63,575 nucleotides of DNA, filler included, from Collodictyon triciliatum (GCA_043381765.1; 11 parts of 11 records of this genome joined end to end with filler, not necessarily neighbours in it); one strand, 5' to 3'; positions 28,901 through 42,524 are shown, counted from the first letter of the whole stretch. Notes: a model not told the origin generated them from the letters alone. Numbers and translations: made by a program.

Positions 28901-30678
28901 TCTCCTGTGAACCGTTTTATAATGATAATCCAAAAATGTATGGTGATGATGAAGTAAACATTGGCCATCGTGGAGAACCAAGTAATGTGTATGCTTTAGG
29001 AATGCTCGTTTGGTACATGTTCTCTGGTATCGAGCCGTTCCAGAATGAAACACAAACACAAAGTTTCATTATCAGGGGATTACGACTTGAAATACCGAAA
29101 GAAGCCACTCGGGAACTTAACCATCTCATCAAAACAAGTTGGAGGCAAAACTACAAGCTCCGACCTTCTCTGAATCAAGTTTCTGCATACCTGGATGAAT
29201 TGAAATCAGGCGAACAAAGGCTTTCTCAAAAGATGATGAGCGATTTGCTTCCAATTAAATACACTCCTTTGGCTGATATGTACCAGGGTGAATTTGTGGA
29301 GTGGCTTCGAGAGTATGGCTTTTTAAAACTAAGCGATATAATTTCAAATCAAAGCTGGGGAAGATTCCAAGAAATTCAAGACAAACTGGATGAAAGGATG
29401 ATGGTTGATATGTATCACATATCGCCGGATGAAATTTCTGCATTTGTTGAACTGTCGAAAGAGGAAGGCACTGGTAGCGATTCCCAAGCTCCAAAGAAAA
29501 AAGTTGAAGAATTATTTTACAGCCAATTGGTGACTCATCTCCAGAAAAAGAAAGACGAATTGTCAGAAAGACTGCTTGGGAAAGTGAAAGCTCTGAGGCT
29601 TGATGGAAAAACAATATCCAAGCTTGACCAGCCTGATGTCCACGCGATCCATTCGCTTTCTGAGCAAGAACTCTCGTTTGTGTCCCAATTCATAAACGAC
29701 CACCTACATCCAAATGAGATTGAGTCTCCTAAACATCCATTAAGCTCCGGTACCCTTCAAGATTTGGAAGAAATTCAATATATGAATGTGCGGTACATCC
29801 CTTACAATCATGGTATCCAACACGCAACCTCGCTGTGGATGGGCGATATGAAGCTCTCCCAGATTCCTAATTCGCTCAAGCATGTAGTCGGGTTAAAGAA
29901 ACTCTACCTCCATTCAAACCTAGTAATATTTACTTAATATCGATGAATAAATAAAATAAAAAAGCCACCAATACATTTAATTATTAACCATATTGTAACC
30001 CACCTCCTTTTTACAGCTTGTATATTTCCCGATGTCATGCTTCGCCCTTACGAACCTAGAGTATCTGGACTTATCAAAAAATAAGGTTTTCTGCTTGTGT
30101 TTTTTTTTTCTCCTTTACCAATTTTTAAATATACATATATACTAGTATATAATTTCATACCTGCATTTGAATCAACTTCATTCATAACTCCATTCTGCTC
30201 ATTTACTTTGATATACAGATATCATCAGTACCTGCTCAAATATCACACCTGACGGTTTTAACTCGCCTTGATGTCTCTCAAAATCAGTTGTCATCACTAC
30301 CTTCAGAAATATCATGCTTGAATGGTCTTATTCGCCTCGATGTCTTTCATAATCAGTTGATGTCACTGCCACAAGGATTATCGAGCTTAGCGTGCCTTGT
30401 ACAGTTGGATATCCGTGATAATTCGGTTTGTTAAATGTATAAATGTCGAAAAGTCAGGCCACTATTTTGAACTCATAATTATATTTCCATTCCTACATAT
30501 TGATGAGCTTCCTGCCGGAATTACTGCTCTGACTGCTCTCAGTCGCTTGTGCATCCGCAACAAAGAAGGAAAATCGAGCATCAAGAAGGCGCCTCCCGGC
30601 ATCACACTTCTGCCTTGTTGGAACGAGCAGAGCAATCCAGATTATGAAATAATTCGTAAACTGGTGCTTTATGACCAC
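25499..30678 (+). CDS. Roco protein: LRR-Roc-COR-kinase-(SAM-like helical region)-LRR; 5'-truncated, 3' end uncertain
   Basis: 69-nt LRR exons at 25499-25567, 25658-25726, 25830-25898, 26004-26072 and 26186-26254. Roc motifs GEGNVGKT, ATDGI and WDFGGQEEF. COR region with CPEC...C..H. A phase-1 intron (28129-28231) joins the kinase (KGAYG, HEDLKADN, DFG, APE). C-terminal LRR exons at 30017-30085, 30219-30425 and 30499-30678. Confidence 0.9.
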
Positions 30679-31798
30679 GTAAGAAATCTATGTTTGTTAT
30701 TCATTCACATGCTGCTCATATATAAGATAAATGCATTCGTATGTTAGTGTTTCTTTTTCTTTCTTCTTTTTTGGTTTGTTTTGTTTAAAAATAAAAGAAA
30801 TCTCAATTACTTATTTTATCAAACGACCAGCAGTAACCAAGAACTGGATTTTTTTCTGTATGAAGCCGGTTAAAGTGGTAAGGTGCAAGCTGGTATTAAA
30901 GTGTACAATATATCAAAATAGCTTTGTTTTTTTCGCTACTTCTTGAGTGTTGATGGTTGGAATATAGGTCATCAAAAAATCGGCAGGCAAATGCAGCATC
31001 TTTTTTGCTCCAACACCCGGCGATTTATTTTTACTACCTGCCAGCCAGCCAGCCAAGCGTTTCACAACCTGCTCACCTTTTTCTCCATCTTGACTCCCTT
31101 TTCACCCCATTTCACCCTTTCTTTCTCGGGTTTTTTCAGCACAGCTTTTCCCGATATCACAACCAGCAATCCACAAGCACCACACCCACACCAATGAGTC
31201 AGAATAAAGATGATAAAAAAAAAGCATGAGTAAGGTCAGCTCCAATATAAAATAATCATGTGGATACCAGACAGGAAAATGAGAGATAAAGAGAGGAGAA
31301 AGTAAGTCACGTGAAGACCTGGTGATTCCCTTGATTGTAATCCGCGATGCTCAATTAGTGATGCCTCAGTTATACGAGACATATACAAATTGCAACATTC
31401 GTCTGTCCATGGTCCTTTAAGGTTTTTCGATTGAGTGGGCTGTGTATCTGTGCGCAAGGTGATGCAAGATTCTGTATTAAAATTTTAAAAAAAGAAATAG
31501 GAAGAAATGGAAGTTTATCTTGCGATCACTTTTATTTTTTGCTTCTCATTAAATTTATCATGAGGTGAACAACATCTATTGAATTGTTTGTCTAAAGCGC
31601 AGTGATACATACATACATACATACATACATACATACATACATACATACATACATACATACATACATACATACATACATACATACATACATACATACATNN
31701 NNNNNNNNNNNNNNNNNNNNNNNNNNNNNNNNNNNNNNNNNNTTAATTAATTAANNNNNNNNNNNNNNNNNNNNNNNNNNNNNNNNNNNNNNNNNNNN

Positions 31799-31889
<91 letters not shown>

Positions 31890-31964
31890 TTGCTTTTTGT
31901 TATTTTTGTTGTTATTGTTGTTGTTCATCTTGAATAAATTACTAAATTGACTTAAAAAAAAAAG

Positions 31965-33150
31965 GTTGTGTGGCCTGGATTTCCAGACAGACTACCTGCA
32001 AACACTCGGGAGCGAGCTTTATGTTTGCTCAGAAACCGTCCAGACGTTTGTTTCATGCCTCACAGACACACTTGACTCTTTTTTCTTCTTTTTCTCTTGC
32101 GGCATTGAACACCCGATCTTATGCTGGTCATGCATGAAATTAAACTCTTCACTAGTCTAGAATTTTGTTAGATAACCTATTCTGATTTTTCACTCTGTTG
32201 TAAAACTTTTTTCTCAACACAACACATTTCGTGCGAGTACTGAACCAAGCACAATTTTGAGTTCAATTAATGTTGCATTTATCGGTAGGTCACGAGGAAA
32301 AGAAGGAGCCACTTTCAAGTTCTGGAGCTGCGGGGGGCATATGAGATACCGACCCTTACTTGGTCCTCTCTTCAAGGAAGCTCAGGTTCTCTCTCTTCCT
32401 TTTTTTTTTTTTTATATCCTCTTCACCACTTATTCACACAGGTTCATTTCTTAGTCCCCTTCTTTACAAATTTGTTCCAATCGTATTGGTGACATGTTGT
32501 TTTTGTTTGCGAAGTAATACCTTTTTTAACTCCACAAGTAATTTTGAAACATATTTTGTTATTTAAAACAATTAAATCTTGTGGGATTTATCTTAAGGGT
32601 GCCATAATTGTCTATGATGCCTCAAGCGAGGATTCATTTACTGATATTGCATACTGGAGAAATGAGATTCTAAGGTTTGGTGTTTTCGCATAATTTGGAC
32701 GATTTCCATGCCAAAAAAAAAAAAAAAAAACAGCCAAAATCATCGTTAATAGTAGTAATAAAATTGTATGAAAAGTATTTTAGATATATCGATTTGAGAA
32801 GCAAAAAAGGTAAACCCGTCTCCATCGATCAAAATAGGTTAAATGGAGGCATTCCTTACATGATTATAGGAAATAAGTATGATTTACCTACTCAGGCCGT
32901 CAGTGACCAAGATGGTCAAGTGCAGGTACAAATGAAAAATTCTCCAGCTCTTCTCCCTCCATAATGAAGTCTTTATTGTCATTTTGACCAACTCAGTTTT
33001 CACTTGCTGCCCTCGTTTCCACTCGATATTGTTTCTCAGGCTCAAAAATGGGCTGTTCCGTTTACGCACACCTCTGCCAAAAGCCTAACAGACATCTCTC
33101 CACTCCTGCAGCGTGTTTATGACACAGTTCTTCTTTGTGTTAAAGATTAA
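31965..33150 (+). CDS. Divergent Rab-like small GTPase (5'-truncated)
   Basis: FQTDYLQTLGSE (G2), FWSCGGHMRY (degenerate G3), GAIIVYD, IGNKYDL (G4) and TSAK (G5). TAA stop at 33148-33150. Confidence 0.8.
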
Positions 33151-34324
33151 TGTTATTTTTGTTGTTGATTTATTTGTTTCGCAAATGAAACGACACGTAC
33201 TATACAAATTCATACCTTCATCAAACTTGTGGGCAATACTCTCAGAAAACATTATGTGGAAAAGGCGTGAGGAATGAGAGATACAGACGAAATGGATTAC
33301 ATTTTGTTGGAATTGCCTGTTGAAACCACACTTCGGGATGAGATAATCGCGTATCTATTTTTGTTTGCCATATAAGAGTCCATATTTTCCCAGAAAATCG
33401 AAGTCTCAAACGATGATAAAAGAAAATCGAAGCGGTGTATTTGCAAAATTTACTAAGCACAGAAGTTTGCATCAGAGCGACTTTGTGGCTCTTTTTCTTT
33501 TTCTTTTTCTTTTTCTTTTTCTTTTTCTTTTTCTTTTTCTTTTTCTTTTTCTTTTTCTTTTTCTTTTTCTTTTTCTTTTTCTTTTTCTTTTTTTCTTTTT
33601 TTCTTTTTTTCTTTTTCTTTCTTTTTCTTTTTCTTTTCTTTTTCTTTTTCTTTTTTATCTTTATTAAAGTTGAAATAGGTGCGTCCAAGATATAGCAATC
33701 TCGGTTTTGCAAGCTTTCATCCCAAAATGTATCCAAATCATTTGAATCCAAATCCAGGTCAGTCTCGGGCACAATAATTCCAGATATAGTCAAATTCACT
33801 GAATATTTATAGCCTGCTTGTGGTTGGACAAAAAAAACCAGAGCAGCCACGAATCCAAGCAGCAGCGGTCGAATGTGTGGGAAAAGTCGCCCAGGCAGGC
33901 AGTAAAGAATGCGAGGCGGAAGGGAAAAGCAAATGGAAGGGTGCAAGGAACTATGCAGCAAACTTGAGACCGTGTTTGGAGCAGATGATCACTGGCATAT
34001 GTATACACGAAGAAAAAAAGAAAGACGAGAGATGAGAAAGAACATTGCACTGTCCATCTATCTTCGATCTGCCTTGTTTCCTTTGCAGACAAGACTTGCT
34101 GTTGAATCGATCAGATCTTTTCATATTCCAAAGGAAAGGAAGAAGGAAAAGAAGAAGAAGAAAAAAAAGCGAGTCTCTGGATACGATAAGGCGTTCACCT
34201 TTTTGTGTGACGGGGAATGTGGCGTTAGTGAACTAGTGTGTGGAAGCAGTCTAGTGAATTGTATTTGTGGTGGTTTCGAAACGCACAGAGATAACTGCTC
34301 AAGTCCTATTCCTCAGTATACGCG

Positions 34325-37300
34325 ATGGACTTCCGCTTCAAAACCCTCGAGCCTTTGGGCGAGTTAACCGACCTTGTCAACAAGGAGTTTAAAGAGTGCT
34401 TTTCGGCCTCTTTCCCAGAGGTTGCCTTCCCCTCTGTCACAAAGGTGAGGCCTCTACTTTGCTTCACTCATTTTATTTCATAGACAGCTGATATTTTATT
34501 TTGGATAGTTTGATTGCTTGCTGTTGTCTGATATACTCTGGCATCTTATTATCTCGCCTCTCGACAATGCAGTGCCGGGAAATGGACAAAGGTGACTTTT
34601 CCATGATGCTGAATGCTGCCGCTGGCAAACTTAAGAAGGATCCGTCCGAGTTTTCAAAGACTCTTGCTCAAGACTTCAACGTCTTCCTGGTAACGAATTC
34701 TTTCATTTTCCAAGATATTGAGATTATAGCATGACTCTCTATTTTTTCTTCTGTCATGTTCGAAACTCTTCGAAAGTAAAGAAATGTTGGAAATGAAAAC
34801 TGGTTTACACAGAACGCAAAGGATCAAAGCAGTCGCATCGTCCAAAGAGTAGAGTCGGCAAAAGGATATCTCAACTTCTTTTTGAACCGTGCTCTTGTCT
34901 TCCGCATGGGGATTCAAGTAAAACTCTCACCAAAAGATTGTCTATGTGAATCAAGCTAAAGACTGCATTCTAGTTGGAAAGATGATCCACGACTGTATCT
35001 GACCGTCCGTTTCCCTCACATTTTCCTTGCCATCGCAGATGGTGCTCGATCTTGGACAGAAGTATGGGCACACAAAAGGGATGGCAGGAAAGAAAGTCAT
35101 TGTCGAGCACACATCCAGCAACCCAAATGCCCCACTCCACATCGGAAATCTCCGAAGCACACTTATTGGAGGCCATCTCTCCAAGCTCCTAGAAGTGAGA
35201 CTCGAAAACACGATTATCAGACTTTTTCAGTCGTCCAATTGACCGTTGCTGACTTCCTAATTTCTTTCTCCCATTAGGCTGTTGGATACGATGTGAAGGA
35301 ATTCTTTTTTGTGAATGACCTTGGCGCCCAGATTGGACTCACTGCCCTTGGATACAATAAGGTTCGATCTGAATTGTGAACGCAAATCACATCCGTGCAT
35401 CTCTATCTCTTTATCCCTTTCTCTTTTTTTCTCTTTTTTTCTCTTTTATTTCCTCAGGAAATAATTAATATACTAAACGGATGAAACTTCCGTCTCTGAA
35501 GGTCTATGAAAAGCTTACTCCTACGATGAAGATCGATCACTGGATCGGCTTCATGTATGCCATCATGAATACTTTCTCAGAGCTGCAAAAACTGAAGCAA
35601 AACATCGGTACTTTATTCGCAGGCTCTTAACCCAGCTTAAATAAAGGAATCTTTCGTCTTGGCATTATTGTCTAAGCAATCCACGACATTTCAAGGTCAC
35701 ATCGCCAAACTTGTCGCAGAGGGCAAGAATCCTTTGGAAGATCCATGCGCCGAAGGTGTGGACAAGGAAGGGGTTAGTCTTTATATGTTTTTATGCATAG
35801 TCCTGTATAGTAGGTCAGACGTCTAATAGGCACTCTGAAATGTAATATTTTTTTCTCTTGCTCTCATGCATTCTCTCCGATAAATCATAGCTGGCCGAGT
35901 ATGTGGACATTTTCCAAGATTTGCGCTCTCGTCAGCCCAAACTGTTTGACACGCTGCTCGATCTTTGCCTTTCCACCCCGAACATCCAACAGGAAGCTGC
36001 CGAGCTCAATCTCCGGTACGAAAAAAACGACCCAGGAGCAGTCAAGGTATTCCTTTTCTTTTTTTTTTTTTTGAAATATATTTGTATGAAAGATATGATG
36101 ACGAAATGCGATACTTCATACTTCCTTTCATAGAGTCAACTAACAACACTTGAAATTGTTGTTCAGATCTTCAGAAAAATGGTTACGGACTGTCTTGCAG
36201 GCGTGCAGGAGACTATGGATACTTACAATATTAAGCACCATCGCTTCGACTTCGAGTCTGAGCTTGGTTGGGAGGTATCAGTTTGCATATTCTCTATCGC
36301 CCTTGATTACTTTTTTTTTTTTTTCACTCCAACACTACGGCTATCTTCTTTTAGGGAAGTAATGATCGTGTACTCTCTTTCTTCCGTGACCAATCCCCCT
36401 ATTACGTGCCGCCAACACAATGCAACCAGGAAGGAAAACCTCAGGTCTAAAAAGGAACATGTGTAATTTCTACTATATACCAGAGAACAATGGATAAGCA
36501 TTTATCTTCGGTTTCCCTGTTTCATATGCCTTTGGCGACTAAACTTTGAATTAATGTTTTCTTTCCCTTTTAAAAATAAGGGTGGTCACTTGAATCTCTC
36601 AAAATTCTTGGAAGACTACAAATACCCCACTGGAAAGAAAGGATATCAGCAAAACTACCCACCTCTGTATGTCCTGCGGCCTGATGGTAGTACGCTCTAC
36701 ATTTTCCGTGATGTCGTATATTCTTTGAAGAAAGTTCGAGAGGCTGATTTGGTATGAATTGGATTATATGTATTTTGTTATAGCCTTATATTACTATGTT
36801 AAAATTTTAAAATATTTTTTATTTTGCCTTTCTCTTTCACCCTCAAGGTCTTGAATGTCATCTGTTCAGAGCAAAATCTCTCACAAGAAAAAGTGCAGTT
36901 AGCCCTTCAGCTCATCGACATGGAGAAAGGCAAAAGTTTGGTATGATTAGCGTCTTTTTCTCACACTCCGCTAAATCGAATACTCTGATATCACTACCAA
37001 TAAACCATTTGATTTTTTTTATCGCAGCAACATGTCAGCTATGAATTGGTGAAGCTATCTAGTGGACGCATGAGTGGACGACGTGGGCGATATGTCACTG
37101 CTGACGATCTCTATGAGTACGTTGGCCTCAAAAGAAAGAGAAATGGATGATGATAATAATAATATTAATCCCCTGCCTGTTTTCATTTTCTGTTTTCAAC
37201 GAAACAACATACGATGCACCAGTTTCAAAGCTTAATGCTTTCCTCTTAATAATCATTAGGGACTTGAAGGAAGTTCTGACAGAGCAAATGAAAAAAAGAA

Positions 37301-37844
37301 ACGAGACTTTGCCCGAAGAAGAGAGACAAAATGCGGAGCATCTGGAGCGCGTTACACACGAAGTATATCGGGAGTTGCTATCCCTACCTTTCATAATCCA
37401 CATATATCCCTTGTGATGCATCTTTCCAACTCTTGAACTGCTTATTGATTTTTAATCATGTCAGGTTGCCACAGCAGCGATGAAGTACGCCATTCTATCA
37501 TCAGGGCCACGCACGATGGTTCATGCTCAATTTGAATAGCAGACAGTCAATTATTACCCGCAGTGATTAAATACGATCTTATGTCGCAAAGACGACTTCC
37601 TCATTTTAACGCCTTCCTTCCTATTCGTAAGATAATTCTTGTATGAAGCCTTCAATTGTAACAATAGATATCGTTCGACGTGAATAAAGTCACCGACTTT
37701 GAGGATAGCAGTGCACCGTTCCTGCTTTACAACTCGAGCCGTCTCAACACTCTGCAGGCCAAATTTGCCACGAAGGCTCAAAGTGGCGAGCTGCGCGCTC
37801 TTCCGTCGTTCTCGGACATCAACACGTCTCTCCTCAACAACCAG
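34325..37844 (+). CDS. argS: Arginyl-tRNA synthetase, archaeal-like (many exons, 3'-truncated)
   Basis: VEHTSSNPNAPLHIGNLR (HIGH-like), VNDLGAQI, FDFESEL, LRPDGSTLYIFRD, RMSGRRG (KMSKS-like) and FEDSSAPFLLY. All traced introns are GT-AG and in phase. Confidence 0.93.
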
Positions 37845-37922
37845 GTATCTTTGAAATTTTAGGCAACTTCACTCTTCCTGTAAAGAGGATGTGCTGGTCG
37901 TTATGCATTTTTTTTTTCGTTC

Positions 37923-38027
<105 letters not shown>

Positions 38028-38149
38028 TTATTGTTGTTTTTATTGTTGTNNNNNNNNNNNNNNNNNNNNNNNNNNNNNNNNNNNNNNNNNNNNTTAATTA
38101 ATTAANNNNNNNNNNNNNNNNNNNNNNNNNNNNNNNNNNNNNNNNNNNN

Positions 38150-38225
38150 GATCCTCGTCTTTGAGGTGGTGGTGGTGGTGGTGGTGCAGCGCCGCTCTTA
38201 CGCTTCGATCTCTGTGCACGGCCAT
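38150..38225 (-). CDS. Possible first exon of a gene cut by the contig edge (MAVHRDRSVRAALH7LKDED)
   Basis: GC-rich open frame from an ATG to the contig end, with no recognisable domain. Confidence 0.35.
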
Positions 38226-38277
38226 GGGACGCCGGCAGCAAAGAAAAGGAGACGGGCATGCCCAACCCTTCAAAGGG

Positions 38278-38955
38278 AGAAAAAAAGAGAGAAAAAAAGA
38301 AAAAAGAGAGAAAAAAAGAAAAAAAGAAAAAGAGAGAAAAAGAGAGAAAAGAGAGAAAAAGAGAGAAAAGAGAGAAAAAGAGAGAAAAAAGAGAAAAAAA
38401 GAGAAGAAAAGAGAGAAAGAAAAAGAGAGAAAAAGAAAGAAAAAAAAAGAGAGAAGAAACAGAGAGAAAATGAAAAAAGAGAAAAAAGAGAGAAAGAGAG
38501 AGAGAGAAAGAGAGAGAGAGAAAAGAGAGAGAAAAGAGAAGAAAAGAGAGAAAAGAAAAAGAAGAGAAAAAGAGAGAAAAAAAGGAGAAAACAAAAAGAG
38601 AGAAAGAAAGAAAAAAAGAGAAAAAAAGAGAAGAAAAGAGAGAAAAAGAGAGAAAGAAAAAGAGAGAAAAAAAGAAGAAAAAGAGAAGAAAAAGAGAAAA
38701 GAGAGAATGAGAAAAAAGAGAGAAAAAAGAGAAAAAGAGAAGAGAAGAGAGAAAAAAAGAGAAAAGAAAAAAAGAGAAAAAGAAAGAAAAAAAGAGAAGA
38801 AAAGAGAGAAAGAAAAAGAGAAAAAAGAAAAGAAAGAAAGAAAGAGAAAATGAGAAAAAAAGAGACGAGAAAAAGAGAAAAGAAGAAAGAGAGAAAGAGA
38901 GAAAGAGAGAAAAGAGACAAAAAGAGAAAAAAGAAAAGGTGAAAAAGAGAGAAAA
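38278..38955. repeat. Long purine-only (A/G) low-complexity tract
   Basis: About 680 bp of almost exclusively A and G. Confidence 0.9.
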
Positions 38956-38989
38956 TTAAAAGTATTTTCCACCATTCAAGTAAGGATCG

Positions 38990-40529
38990 ATGGGGAACTT
39001 ACAGTCGAAAGTAAAGTCAGTTCAAGAAAAGGGCATGAAAATCGAGGCCAGTATCGACGATGTACCTGCCTATTACATATATATTCTTTCAGGCCACCGA
39101 GTGCGCATTATCACATCCATCAATACCTTAATGTTCATTACGAGGGGCTTTTTTTTTTCAACTTGTAGTTGGGCGACCACTTTGAGAATCTGGACAATAT
39201 GATTACCGAAAAGTTTGTCAAGTTTAACTCACAATTGGATTCGTTGCAAGGAATTGTAATGGAACAGGTTTCGTAATCTCTTTGACAAAACTAAATGACC
39301 AAATGAATGAAGCAATCTCAGCCATTTACCAGTTAGCAATAGAGCCAAACGTACCCATATTATAGATTGCAGCACATCGCAGAGGCCACAACAAGAAGCT
39401 ATCTCTCCAAGAATCCACAATATCTCTGTGGAAGTCTGTCAACGCCGCTCATCGAGAGACTCCCAACACACCTTCACGGAGGTTTCAACCCAATCCCTTT
39501 CGTGCGCTGCAGCACATTAAGAATTGGAGCGCTATGAACGAATGTGTGCAATCGGTCTCTTACTTGCTCCAAACACCACCCGACATCCATCTGCGAGTCA
39601 GCCCGACACTCCTCTTGGAGAGTAGAACCACTGGACAAGCAGAGCTTCTGTCCAGCACCCCGTGGGTCTATGTTGGGCATTGGTCCATCACACGCCCTGT
39701 CCACGAAATCAAGGCACCGACAAAAGTCATTGGCTCTGAAGGATCTGGGCAGAACCAGTTCCGCTATCCATTCAACATCACTCTGCATCCGATTAACGGG
39801 CGCATATATGTCGCTGACTCAGAAAACAACCGAGTAGTCATCCTCACTTCATCTTTTTCGCCGTTTCTCATAATAACACAGCCAAGTCCAGGTTCAAGGC
39901 CTTTCCAAGACCCACGGGGCGTGGGCATCAGTCCTGATGGAAGTTTGATTGTGATTGTTGAGTGCGTTGGGAAGCAAATCCACTTGCTGGACATGAACCA
40001 TAACTTAATACGCTCCATCAACCAGTTGCCCGCAAATATTGTGAAAGCCACCACATCCTTGTATTACCCATACTACGCTGTCTTTGACCAACACTCCAAC
40101 TTCTACGTCAGCGACCGCGCAAACAACAGAGTCCTCAAGTTTGATCGGAACGGAAACCTACTGCGCCAAATCGGAGAACCCTCATCGCCCCGCCCGGCCG
40201 CATCAGTCCTCGGCATTCTTGTCAACGACGACGGGCTTTTACTCACTTATCCGCAGTCAGGAAATGTCCTTCGGGTGTATTCATTGGATGGCGAATTCAA
40301 GTATGAGAAAATGCTGGCCGAAACAAGAGACTTCAACAGCCTGGCGCGTGGGCCGGACGGCGGGTTTCTCATCTGCGACTGCTCAGCGAGTAGGATCGTA
40401 TTTTACGACCGCAACTGTTGCGAGATTCACCAGGTTCGCGTTCGTGGAGTAAGAGGGGCTGTCTACGCTCCCGATGGCAGGCTGTTTGCTCTGTCAGGCT
40501 ACCAAAGTCACTCCATACAAATATTCTAG
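38990..40529 (+). CDS. NHL-repeat beta-propeller protein with predicted N-myristoylation (MGNLQS) and a short coiled coil
   Basis: Three in-phase exons. NHL motifs GSGQNQFRYPFNI...IYVADSENNRV, FQDPRGVGI and FYVSDRANNRVLKFD. Confidence 0.85.
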
Positions 40530-40870
40530 TATCTTTGGAAAACATGCCACTCTTTCGTTTCCAATTAAAACCTTCTTCCTTACTTCCTCCACTGCTCTCA
40601 GTCCTCCCAAGAAGAAAAAAGTATGCTTTGACACTGTCAATCTATTGTCTTTTAATGAGATTTGATAAATATAGTGATACAACAGCGCTGTCATTCACTC
40701 CCGAAGTAGTTATTGCAAGCGATAAGCAACTCAAATTTGATGAGTTCATTCCTGTCTCTTCACCTTTCCTCATCAAAATGTCTGAAAAAATATTCTTTAT
40801 TTCTTTTGAAAAGTTGTCCAATCTTTTAAAATATACGTATATATCGATCTTATTTTGAAGTGGATATTTG

Positions 40871-42472
40871 TTAATCCTCCATGGGGTGATATGATGGGCC
40901 ATTGTGAGAGTCAGGACGTATTGGAGTTTTCTCGTTGGAACCGGTTTTCGAACCTCGACTAACCATTTTGCTCCACCTTCAAAAGTGTTTTCGTCGGATT
41001 ATTTTGCATTTCGACGTTGTTTATTTTATTTGAAGTGGAATCAAATATTCCTTAACAATAATAAATTACAATATAATTTAAAGAACAAAAAACGAACGAT
41101 TTATTAGTGTAAACAATGTACTTGCGCGCGATTCCTTGAGAAACAGTACTGCGAAGTGTATAAAATGACTTAGGGAGGGAGCCCAACGCAAGCAACAGTG
41201 TGGCACATGGGATTATCTGCAGGAAATAGTGAATACCTTGCGAAAAGGGGTATCTGTAGATGAAAAAGTGACTCCACTATTATTACCGACGATTTATTTT
41301 TTTATTTTTTTTAAAAAAAGACGCACTTCTGTGAAAAGGATGATAGTGCAGATTATGTTCACATCAGTTTCGTCATAATATATAGAGTTCAAAGTCCATG
41401 CGCTCTTTAACACCAAACCAATCACGGTGATTCCAGTCACGGCTGTTATCTAGAAAAAAAAGGAAAAGGGTGAATAGAAATCATACAGTAACCATTTATG
41501 AATATAGCGCAGTGCATATCAAAATGAAATGATATGAATTGTTTAAGCTTTTTTCCACTGATAAACTGGAGACTTTGAATCTGAGAACCACATACCTTTC
41601 GCACATTATCTTTTTGCTTTTTTGATATTTCAACCATAGAAATAGAATTTATCAACCGGACGACTTTGATTCCATAGTAAAGGTAGCCGACAGCAACCAA
41701 TCCAGATAAGGCGACCAGTGTTGAGTAATAGACCACCAAAACAACCTGACACATTAAAATATATCACTCATAAATGTCGGCAATTTTGAAAAAGGTATTC
41801 ATTAACTAAATAAAGATAATCACCTGCGCGTTCTCTGCCGATGTCGTATTATTTGCTATCATCAATCCAACAAAAATGAACAGAACCAGTCCGTTAAATA
41901 CATAGAACGATGGACGCATGTGGGTAATCGACGCTCTGACCATGAGGCTGTTTTCACCTGAAATTTCAATCCTAAACCAACCAGAAATAAAGAAATAAAA
42001 AAATCGCTCTTCGTTTCATAATCGGCTTATTGTATTATGATCCGATATGATGTTGCTGAAGTGCACATTAATGTCCAGGTTTACCAGAAAAATAGGAGAA
42101 TTGAAAACATCCCAAAGTACACCGCCACAGGAAAGTCATATAAAAATATCTGTAAGTTGCTGCCATTTGTGATTGTGTCATTCAGTTGAAGAGCAAAAAA
42201 GGCCACCCGAACTATTGATAACAATGAACTTTTGGTTATAAATTGATTGAAAGCGTAAGAATTATGGTAACTTGTTACAGGAAGAGAAGACAAATATTAT
42301 TCCGAAAATCAGAGCAGGTATCGACAAGGAACGCTTGAGCTTGGTCTCTAATATGTTCCCGAGAAGCATCGCGCCACTAGACACGAGGAGCACACATTCA
42401 CACGCCAACAGAGCTACTATGAATGGCTCTGTGTCATCGCCCTAGGAATTATAATTTCATTATTTCCATGGT

Positions 42473-42524
<52 letters not shown>

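Noticed and set aside
33242-34130. Possible small gene between the GTPase and ArgRS
   Set aside because: I could not build a consistent spliced model or recognise a domain, and the listed ORF runs through a microsatellite.
38094-38975. Long K/E/R-rich and F/L/S-rich ORFs
   Set aside because: They are translations of a purine-only tract that cannot contain stop codons.
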